From Terriglobia bacterium (lineage in GTDB: Bacteria; Acidobacteriota; Terriglobia; 20CM-2-55-15): a stretch of 64,000 nucleotides of DNA. Every line of letters begins with the position of its first letter. The first letter of the stretch is position 1. Made by a program: the position numbers and the translations under genes. This document shows, in pieces, positions 41,865 to 49,297 of this stretch. Under the pieces are notes generated by a model, which was not told where the DNA came from, searched no databases, and saw only the letters and a program-made list of their open reading frames with translations. The stretch is taken from positions 332,747-396,746 of the forward strand of contig OZ253554.1 of assembly GCA_965262675.1 (NCBI GenBank), read 5' to 3'.

Positions 41865-42039
41865 CCCGCTTTTCTCACGGGTTTTCGTCGCGAAGAGTCG
41901 GAGACGCCGTCAGAGCAAGGCGCGCGCCCGGAGGGCACCGGAGGCGTACTTGACGGTACGTCGAGGAGCCCGACGAAGCGGAACGCAGCACTGGCGGATG
42001 GATCCGGCGCTGTAGCAGACAACTCGTGAGCAAGGCGGG
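41865..42039 (-). mobile_element. MITE-like element, family A, copy 3 (175 bp, inverted relative to copies 1 and 2)
   Basis: Both conserved ends are present in reverse orientation, and the central part is unrelated to copies 1 and 2. Flanks are ttag / taag. Confidence 0.75.
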
Positions 42040-42097
42040 TAAGGCCCATTGGCGCTCGTAGGGCGATCCTGCGGGGTTTTGCCATGGGCTGCTATGA
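42040..42097 (-). repeat. REP-like short repeat, family B
   Basis: About 80% identical over ~58 nt to 45880..45937. The core gcagcccgtgg(c/t)agaaccc also occurs at 536..575 (as a palindrome), 34556..34587 and 60174..60200. Confidence 0.65.
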
Positions 42098-42177
42098 TGC
42101 GGGTCGTCGGAATTGTCCAAGAAGACGTTGATCGGGAAACGTCGACAAAGAAATCGAAGAGGAAATTGAAGGAGTGG

Positions 42178-43089
42178 ATGCGTATGCGGGTCGGAATGGT
42201 CGGACTCGGAAAGATGGGCGCCGGTCTCGTGCGGCGACTGCGAGACGGTGGACACTCGGCGGTCGGATTCGACGCCGTTCCATCGGTCGGAACCAGCCTC
42301 GCAGCCGAAGGAATTCAGACCGTCGGTTCCCTCTCGGCCTTGGTCGATGCGCTTCCTTCGCCGGTAATCTGGTTGATGGTCCCAGCCGGCTCGGCGGTCG
42401 ATCGCTGCATCGACGAACTGACCCCGCTACTGGGTCCCGATGCCGTTCTGATCGATGGAGGAAACTCCAACTACAAGCAGACAATCGAGCGGCACGCGCG
42501 CGTGAAGGCATCGGGAATTCCATTCCTGGACGTGGGAACCAGCGGAGGCATCTGGGGCGCCGCCAATGGGTATTGCCTGATGGTGGGTGGGGAAACCGCG
42601 GTCGTTGAGCGTGTCCGGCCGATCTTCGAGACGCTGGCGCCGTCGCCGACGCGGGGTTGGGGCCATGTCGGCCCGGGCGGCGCCGGCCACTACGTCAAGA
42701 TGATCCACAACGGCATCGAGTACGGCATGATGCAGGCCTATGCCGAAGGATTCGCACTGCTCGAACGGCGTACGGAATTCGATCTCGACCTGGCCGGGAT
42801 CGCTGACATCTGGAGTCGTGGCAGCGTTGTCCGATCATGGCTTCTGGAACTGACCGCCGCCGCACTCAAGGCCGATCCGGACCTTTCCGGCGTCAGCCCG
42901 CGGGTCGACGACTCGGGGGAGGGCCGCTGGATGGTTGCCGAGGCGATCGACCTTGACGTTGCGGCGCCGGTCATCACGCTCGCACTGATCTCGCGCCTGC
43001 AGTCCCGTGACCCCGATTCATTTTCGAACCGCATGCTGTCGGCGATGCGCCGCGAGTTCGGCGGTCATGCGGTCGATCCGGAATCGTGA
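42178..43089 (+). CDS. gnd: 6-phosphogluconate dehydrogenase (decarboxylating), short-chain Gnd-like
   Basis: About 303 aa from MRMRVGMVGLGKMG behind a GAAGGAG SD. Motifs GGNSNY, GTSGGIWG and HYVKMIHNGIEYG. Confidence 0.85.
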   Translation: MRMRVGMVGLGKMGAGLVRRLRDGGHSAVGFDAVPSVGTSLAAEGIQTVGSLSALVDALPSPVIWLMVPAGSAVDRCIDELTPLLGPDAVLIDGGNSNYKQTIERHARVKASGIPFLDVGTSGGIWGAANGYCLMVGGETAVVERVRPIFETLAPSPTRGWGHVGPGGAGHYVKMIHNGIEYGMMQAYAEGFALLERRTEFDLDLAGIADIWSRGSVVRSWLLELTAAALKADPDLSGVSPRVDDSGEGRWMVAEAIDLDVAAPVITLALISRLQSRDPDSFSNRMLSAMRREFGGHAVDPES

Positions 43090-44522
43090 CCAGATCTCGG
43101 GTTCTGGCGCTCGATCTCGCGTCAGGCGGGGTGACGGCGAGCCTTGTCGGCAAGGACCTGCGTCCGGTATCCACGGGCAATGCCCCCTGGACGTTCGTAC
43201 CCGAGGGCTCCGGCACGGGCACGCTTTCGCTTGGGGTCGTACTCGATACGGTCGCATGCGCCGTTCGAAGCGGCATGGCCCATCACCCGCCCCCCGAACT
43301 GATCGTGCTCTCTTCGATGATGCACACACTGGCGATCGTCTCGGTCGAGGGTAAACCGCTCAGTCCGGTATTCACGTGGAACGACCGCCGCGGCGGTGCG
43401 CCCGTCGCGGGAATAGCCGATAGGTTGGGCAACTACAGGGAACGAACGGGTTGCCACTTCCATCCGTCCTTTCCGGCGTACAAGTTGGCTTGGCTCCGCG
43501 GCGCCGGATCCGAATGGCTCAATCGCGAGTTTCGCATTGCCTCAGTTCGGAGCTGCGTCCAGGGCGTCCTGACCGGCATCTGGTCGGAAGACGTGTCCAC
43601 GGCATCGGCCTCCGGCCTGCTGGAACTGGACTCCAGACAGTGGGACCGGGTGACGCTGGATGTCCTTGGAATCGATGCCGCCCGACTCCCGCCTCTAATC
43701 GATTGCCAACAGATCGCGGGACGGCTTTCCCGGAAGTGGGCCGGGCGGCTCGGCTTGCCCGATGGATGCCCCGTTGTTGCGGGCGCCGGCGACGGGTTTC
43801 TCGCCACGACCGGTTCCGGGTGCGACACCGACAGGCGCGTCGCCGTCACTCTGGGGACAACCGCGAGCGTCCGGCGGTTCGTCACCTCCTCGGCCACGGG
43901 AAGCGATCCACGCACCTTCTGTTATCGATACGGCGACGGACGGTTCCTGTCCGGGTGCGCGGGCAACAACGGGGGCAACGTCCTTGAATGGGCGTCGCAT
44001 GCACTGGGTCCAATCGGGGATGACGAATCCGGCGATTCTCCCCCACTGTTCCTTCCCTTCCTGCTCGGCGAACGGACGCCCTTCTGGGATGCAACGCTCC
44101 ATCCCCGTTGGGTCGGCGTTGACGAATCGACTCTTTCGGATCTTCGAGGCGCCGTGATCGAAAGCCAGGCCTTCCAGCTTGCGGTTTATCTCGAGTTGAC
44201 AACCCGCGGCGCGGCGGCGCGTCCGGAGGCACTGCTTCTTTCGGGTAACGGTTTCAGCCACGCCCCCATCGCAGGGAAGCTCGCGGCTCTTGTGGGGATG
44301 CCCGTACTGGAGCCGACGCAACCGGGGCTGGCCACCATCAGGGGCGCGGCGCGTTGCGGATTCGGTGCAATGGGCGAGGATACCCACAATGACGTGGAGC
44401 GCCTGGTGGATGAAGCGGCGGCGATCGAGCCCGTCGGAACTCCGGGTCTCGACGAACGGTATGGGCGATTCAGGGATCTCTACCTGGATCTCGATTCGGA
44501 TCGCGAACCCGCCCGGGATTGA
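43086..44522 (+). CDS. gntK: FGGY-family carbohydrate kinase, gluconokinase-like
   Basis: 478 aa with FGGY N- and C-domain patterns. Coupled to gnd by an overlapping stop/start. Confidence 0.65.
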   Translation: MTRSRVLALDLASGGVTASLVGKDLRPVSTGNAPWTFVPEGSGTGTLSLGVVLDTVACAVRSGMAHHPPPELIVLSSMMHTLAIVSVEGKPLSPVFTWNDRRGGAPVAGIADRLGNYRERTGCHFHPSFPAYKLAWLRGAGSEWLNREFRIASVRSCVQGVLTGIWSEDVSTASASGLLELDSRQWDRVTLDVLGIDAARLPPLIDCQQIAGRLSRKWAGRLGLPDGCPVVAGAGDGFLATTGSGCDTDRRVAVTLGTTASVRRFVTSSATGSDPRTFCYRYGDGRFLSGCAGNNGGNVLEWASHALGPIGDDESGDSPPLFLPFLLGERTPFWDATLHPRWVGVDESTLSDLRGAVIESQAFQLAVYLELTTRGAAARPEALLLSGNGFSHAPIAGKLAALVGMPVLEPTQPGLATIRGAARCGFGAMGEDTHNDVERLVDEAAAIEPVGTPGLDERYGRFRDLYLDLDSDREPARD

Positions 44523-44532
44523 TCGGGCAGGA

Positions 44533-44558
44533 AAAAAGGGCGGCCCGATGGCCGCCCT
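44533..44558 (-). terminator. Rho-independent terminator for the minus-strand dehydrogenase gene (hairpin shared with convergent gntK)
   Basis: gggcggcc-cgat-ggccgccc stem-loop. On the minus strand it is followed by TTTTTT. Confidence 0.7.
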
Positions 44559-44579
44559 TCATCCAAATGGCCGCATGTC

Positions 44580-45743
44580 CTATTCGGAATAGCTGATACG
44601 GTACAGAACGCCCTGAATGTCATCGGAAACCAGCAGCGAGCCGTCCGCGAGTTGGAGGATGTCGGAGGGGCGGCCCGCGACCTCGCTTCCATCGAAAAAG
44701 CCGTCGGCAAATACTTCCTGCCCCGAGGTGTAACCGTCCTGAACCCGAACAACGGCAATCCGGTAGCCAAGCGGGACGCTACGGTTCCACGAACCGTGCT
44801 CGGCGACGAAGATCTGGTTCCGGTAGTCGGCCGGAAACATATCCCCGGTGTAGAACGTCATGCCGATCGCGGCGACGTGCGGGCCCATCTTCGCGGCCGG
44901 CGGCCGGTAGTCGGCGCACGAATGCCCCTCGCCCAGTTCAGGATCGAGGAGATCGCCCTGATGACAATATGGGAAGCCGAAATGCTGCCCCCGGGCCGTC
45001 GCATGGTTGAGTTCATCACTGGGGATGTTGTCGCCGAGCATGTCCCGGCCATTGTCCGAGAACCAGAGCGATCCGTCCGAGGGGTCGAATGCCAGGCCGA
45101 CGGAGTTGCGTACGCCGCGCGCGTACACCTCGAATTCCGAACCATCGGGGCTCATCCGCGTAATCGTGGCAAACGGATCGTCTCTTTCACACACGTTGCA
45201 GGGCCCGCCAACCGGTACGTAGAGCATTCCGTCGGGGCCGAATTCAAGATACTTCCAACTGTGATTGATCCCGTCGACTGGCATGTCGCGTACCAGTACC
45301 GGCTCGGGCGGGTCATCGAGATTACTCAAAATGTTGTCGTAGCGCGTGATCCTGTTGTTCTCGCCTACGAAGAGGGTACCGTCACGGAAGGCCACGCCAT
45401 GCGGGACGGTCAGACCGTCGAGGATCGTCATCACCTCATCCGCAGTTCCGTCGTTGTCGGTGTCCCGGACCGCGTAGATGTTTCCGATATCCGGGTTCCC
45501 CGCGAACAATCCGAAGCTGCCGACAAAGACCGTGCCGTCGTCGGCCAGTGCCATCTGACGGGCCGCGGGCAAACCTTCGGCGTAAACCTCGATCTCGAAG
45601 CCCGGAGGCAGAGAGACCTTTTCGAGAGCGATTGGCGGCGGCGGGCCACCCCGCTGGGCTTGGGCGGGAACCGCCGTGAGAGCGATCGTGGTAACGGCCA
45701 GGGTCAGAATGACGTGAACGGCGACTGTCGAGTTGGATTTCAT
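44580..45743 (-). CDS. PQQ-dependent sugar (glucose/sorbosone) dehydrogenase, soluble beta-propeller type
   Basis: Signal peptide from MKSNSTVAVHVILTLAV. Motifs HGVAF, PCNVC, NSVGLAFDP and DELN...G.HFGFPYC. Confidence 0.8.
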   Translation of the reverse strand: MKSNSTVAVHVILTLAVTTIALTAVPAQAQRGGPPPPIALEKVSLPPGFEIEVYAEGLPAARQMALADDGTVFVGSFGLFAGNPDIGNIYAVRDTDNDGTADEVMTILDGLTVPHGVAFRDGTLFVGENNRITRYDNILSNLDDPPEPVLVRDMPVDGINHSWKYLEFGPDGMLYVPVGGPCNVCERDDPFATITRMSPDGSEFEVYARGVRNSVGLAFDPSDGSLWFSDNGRDMLGDNIPSDELNHATARGQHFGFPYCHQGDLLDPELGEGHSCADYRPPAAKMGPHVAAIGMTFYTGDMFPADYRNQIFVAEHGSWNRSVPLGYRIAVVRVQDGYTSGQEVFADGFFDGSEVAGRPSDILQLADGSLLVSDDIQGVLYRISYSE

Positions 45744-45879
45744 CGAGCAGGAAACCTCCGGATGTATTTTGAACCAGAGATGATAGCTGCCGCCGCGGAG
45801 CTTCTCCAAGGTCTTTCATTGAATCGTGCACCGTGCCCGGCACGCGACGGTTCAGATTGAAACGATGGTATAACCGACG

Positions 45880-45937
45880 GCGGGGCCAATGGCGCACGTA
45901 ACGCGATCCCTGCAGGGTTCTACCACGGGCTGCTATG
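45880..45937 (-). repeat. REP-like short repeat, family B
   Basis: See 42040..42097. Intergenic between the dehydrogenase and the mscS-like gene. Confidence 0.65.
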
Positions 45938-46846
45938 GTGGAAAGCGGTGGTATCGACACCGTGATTCCATCGGCCCGTTGCCGCCGATCGCGGCTACCT
46001 TGCAATGCCGTCTCACGGGCGGAATGGAAGACGCCGGATGCCGCAGTTCTTTCAGGAAACGCTGACCGACCTCTATGCCGGGTACAGGAGTATCTGCCCA
46101 CGGCAATTACGGCATTACTGCTGGCGCTGGCCGGATTGGCTCTGGCCGCTATCCTCCGTGCCCTGCTCACACGATTGGTGGCCGGCATCGTCAGGCGCCT
46201 GGCAGCCAACAGAAAATATGGCCCGAGCGTGGCCTTGCCCGTACTGGACTCGCTGCCGCGCCTGGCCGGCGGCATCGTGTTCTGGCTCACGTTGCTGATA
46301 TTCGGATCAGCCGCGCTCGAACGTCTCGATTTCCAGATTTTCGCCGGGTTGCTGGGTCAGTTCACCGAGTATCTCCCGAACGTGTTTCTGGCGATGATGG
46401 TTCTGTTTGCCGGTCTTGCCGGAGGGCGCTTCGCCCGCCAGACCGCGACTTCGGCCCTCGGTGCCGCCAGTATCGGGGGAACCGAACTTATCGGCCGCCT
46501 GTGCCAGGCTTCCATCGTTCTGGTCGCCGCCGGCATGGCCGCGGATCAGATCGGCGTGGACAGTACCTTCATGATGTTGATCGTTGGAATCGGGCTCGGC
46601 ACGACCCTGGGCGGCATGGCCCTGGCTTTCGGAATCGGTTCCGGACCGGTCGTCGCCAACATCATCGCCTCCTACTACGTCCGGCGGATGTATCGTGCCG
46701 GCCTCAACGTTCGGATCGGAACGCTCGAAGGGCGCATTATCGAGATCCGGCCAACCACTGTCGCGCTCGACACTCCGGACGGGCGCCTGCAGGTTCCTTG
46801 CCGCCGCTTCATCGATGACGTGTCGGTGCTGTTGAGGGAATCGTGA
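45935..46846 (+). CDS. Mechanosensitive-channel-related membrane protein (conserved-TM-helix repeats + MscS beta-domain-like C-terminus); N-terminus probably in another frame
   Basis: Repeated (E)YLPxxxxAxxxLxxG helices and C-terminal IGTLEGRIIEIRPTTVALDTPDGRLQVP. The first ~50 codons of this frame look non-coding. A typical N-terminus MPQFFQETLTDLYAGY starts at 46038 in a different frame. Confidence 0.6.
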   Translation: MVESGGIDTVIPSARCRRSRLPCNAVSRAEWKTPDAAVLSGNADRPLCRVQEYLPTAITALLLALAGLALAAILRALLTRLVAGIVRRLAANRKYGPSVALPVLDSLPRLAGGIVFWLTLLIFGSAALERLDFQIFAGLLGQFTEYLPNVFLAMMVLFAGLAGGRFARQTATSALGAASIGGTELIGRLCQASIVLVAAGMAADQIGVDSTFMMLIVGIGLGTTLGGMALAFGIGSGPVVANIIASYYVRRMYRAGLNVRIGTLEGRIIEIRPTTVALDTPDGRLQVPCRRFIDDVSVLLRES

Positions 46847-47026
46847 GCAGCCTGCCGGCGCAGTTGGCTCTCGGCTTTCTGGATGCCCATCCATCCGAAG
46901 CGGCACGCGTACTTGGAGAACTTGGGCCGGCAGAGGCGGCGAGCATCCTGTCTTCGGTTGAACCCCAAACCGCGGCGCGCGTTCTGGGCGCCATGGTCTC
47001 ACCCGAGATCCGGCGTTGTCTCGAAC
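46843..47026 (+). pseudogene. MgtE-N/CBS-domain protein, 5' part (61 codons), truncated by the insertion at 47027
   Basis: The reading frame continues exactly at 55812 once 47027..55811 is removed. Confidence 0.85.
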
Positions 47027-47619
47027 TGTTGCCGATCACGAGAAACCGCGGTTTTTTGAACACGCGCCGATCAATCATGAACGTCTCGCGGGAGCCCTGG
47101 GACGGCCCAGTCGCCGTTGAGGAGGACGAAAGTCGGCGAAGGGGTCAATCCAGGCGCTGTGACGCAGGCATTTCACGCACTGAGACAGAGGCAGGCGCTC
47201 GTGATCGCGCGAGTTCGTGACCGAACGCACAGGCTGATGCGTCACTCCTGCCCGGGACTGGCGTCTTGGATACTCTCGCTGGCGCAACGAATGGCACAGC
47301 TTTCCCTTCGGAGACGCTTGATAGCGGCGACCAGCGGCGCGGACGTGCTGTTGTCGCATCCTCTGTCTACAGGCAACGCTGCAGTAGCGCTGTCCGCGAT
47401 CACAGCCCAAGCAGATCGTGAACATCACACCGCAGCTTGGGTCACAACATGAACGTAGTCTAACGCCGTCCGACAGGTCATCTACTCTGGAGATGGGCAT
47501 ACGTGCCACGATAACCCACGCAGGAATCGTCTTGTATCGAGAACGCGCCTTCGGCGCGGATGATGATGTCAAAAACCGGCGAGAGTCCAAAAAACTTCAC
47601 TTTCTGATGATCGCTTACA
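47027..47619 (-). mobile_element. 593-bp TIR element, copy 1
   Basis: The 45-bp ends match 32/45 (tgttgccgatcacgagaaaccgcggttttttgaac... vs rc tgtaagcgatcatcagaaagtgaagttttttggac...). Carries one 171-codon Cys-rich ORF. Confidence 0.8.
47075..47590 (-). CDS. Cys-rich (two CxxC-type clusters) hypothetical protein encoded inside the 593-bp element
   Basis: 171 codons (probable start MPISRV at 47500). Contains CCDPSCGVMFTICLGCDRGQRYCSVACRQR and CVKCLRH. An identical copy lies at 55260..55775. Confidence 0.5.
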   Translation of the reverse strand: MDSRRFLTSSSAPKARSRYKTIPAWVIVARMPISRVDDLSDGVRLRSCCDPSCGVMFTICLGCDRGQRYCSVACRQRMRQQHVRAAGRRYQASPKGKLCHSLRQREYPRRQSRAGVTHQPVRSVTNSRDHERLPLSQCVKCLRHSAWIDPFADFRPPQRRLGRPRAPARRS

Positions 47620-48560
47620 AGCGTTTCGAACCGGGTGCAGCGGCTCCCTTCGAGCTTGCGGAACGGGCGGGCATTGAGCCGGTCCAACAGTTCCGCGATC
47701 GCTTCATTCAGAGCCCCCAGACTGAAGAACCTGCGTTTGCGCAGTCCGGCCAGTATCCACCGCTCGACGACAAGCACCCCCGCCTCGGCCTTGGCCTTAT
47801 CCCGGGGTTTACGCACCCGCGCCGGAATGACGGCGATGCCGTAATGGGCGGCCATGTCCCGATAGGTGGGATTCAGATCCGGTTCGTACCGGCAGGGACG
47901 CCGGACCGCGCTCTTCAGGTTGTCCGGGACCACCAGTGCGGGGGCTCCCCCAAAGAACTCCAGCGCACGCACGTGAGAGCCGATCCAACAGGCCAGATCC
48001 TGGCTCCAGGTCGCTTCGGCGAACGTATAATTGCTGGCCCCCAGGACGGCCACGAAGATCGAGGCCTCCTGGATCGTCCCCGTCTTCGAATCCACGACGG
48101 GAACCTTCGGGCCCGCATAATCGACAAACAGCTTTTCTCCGGCCCGGTGTTCCTGCCGCAGGACCACGTCGAGCTTTCCTCTCCACTGCCGATAGAGCTC
48201 GCAGAACCGGCTGTAGGCATATCCATCCGGATTCGATTGCTTGTACTCCTGCCAGAGCCATTGCACCGTGACATGCTTGTGGCGGCGCAATTCGTCGTGG
48301 ATTGCCGCCCAATTCGGCGCCGGACGATCCGGAGCCCGCGTCGCCCGCGGTGGAAACAGTCGCGCCTCCAGCCCCGATTCATCCACGCCCTCGGGCAACG
48401 GCCATTCCACACCCGCCGCCGCGGCCCGGCGGATATAATCGCTGACCGTGCCGTGGTTGATCCCACAACTGCGGGCGACCTGTCGGTGACCTAGCCCCAG
48501 TTCGAATTTGAGTCGTAGAACTTCTTTGATCTTTCGCATGGACAATCTCTTTGCGGGCAT
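47620..48560 (-). pseudogene. istA: IS21-family transposase IstA, C-terminally truncated
   Basis: N-terminal HTH (MRKIKEVLRLKFELGLGHRQVARSCGINHGTV) and DDE region (LFVDYAG..., VVPDNLKSAV). Homology ends at ...RFETL, where the sequence becomes the 593-bp repeat. No istB is present. Confidence 0.8.
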
Positions 48561-48747
48561 GTGCTTTCCCTCCTTGACCCAAAGGGAAAACAGTACCCGC
48601 CGGTTGTCCAGCGTCGCTATCGGCCGCTTCGATTCCGGAGCATCTCATCCACCATTCCGACCGGCACCCAAAAACTGGATGGCTTCGCGTCGGAATCGCT
48701 GGATGCTTTCCCTCGAAATCGCTGAATGACTTGCTCCGGAATACGCA
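47620..48747 (-). mobile_element. IS21-family IS fragment: left end plus the 5' ~940 bp of istA
   Basis: The minus-strand end tgcgtattccgg... (48747) is followed by reiterated cagcgattTcga / cagcgattCcga motifs and then istA. It is cut at 47619/47620 by the 593-bp element. Confidence 0.7.
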
Positions 48748-48897
48748 GGTGGTGCGGGGCAGGCTGCATAGCGCCAGCAGCCGCGCCATGAAGCCCAGAT
48801 CGGCGTCTGTTTCGCTGGCCTCGACAAACTGGTTCACCTGATCGAAGCGGGTGAAGTGGTGGCGCGCTTGGGGCATTAGCTTGTCATGCTTCGGCAT
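48748..48897 (-). pseudogene. N-terminal ~50-codon fragment of a plasmid RepA_C-like replication protein, cut by the IS21 end
   Basis: MPKHDKLMPQARHHFTRFDQVNQFVEASETDADLGFMARLLALCSLPRT, followed by IS21 terminal sequence. The family assignment is from memory of the GF.AR....LP motif only. Confidence 0.35.
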
Positions 48898-48968
48898 GGC
48901 CTTTCCTCTTACTCGGTCTTCATTCCAGATCAGGTCCGAATCAGAACAGGGAAGGCTATACTGACCAG

Positions 48969-49271
48969 ATGAGCCAAGAATCCGTCATCATCATGGCGAT
49001 CATCGGGATAATCGTGACTATCATCGGAACTGGTATTGGCCTTGCCGCCGTCCTTGTTCTTGGACAAAGGGCGCTACGTAGGGATATCGCAGACCGGAGC
49101 GAGAGCACGCGGAAAGACATTGCCGCACTGGGTGAGCGCGTGGGTAAGGTGGAGTTAGGTTTGGTTGATCGCATAGGCAAGCTGGAAAGCACCCTCGGCG
49201 ACCGTATATCCAAGGTTGAAGGCTTGTTCGAGGGCTTCACAAAATCTGCGCCGCAATCCACGCCTCAGTGA
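48969..49271 (+). CDS. Small membrane-anchored coiled-coil protein (hypothetical)
   Basis: 100 aa. One N-terminal TM helix (VIIMAIIGIIVTIIGTGIGLAAVLVL), then reiterated ERVGKVE / DRIGKLE / DRISKVE heptads. Lower GC than its surroundings. Confidence 0.5.
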   Translation: MSQESVIIMAIIGIIVTIIGTGIGLAAVLVLGQRALRRDIADRSESTRKDIAALGERVGKVELGLVDRIGKLESTLGDRISKVEGLFEGFTKSAPQSTPQ

Positions 49272-49297
49272 GACGCACTCACTCTATCGCCTGAAAA

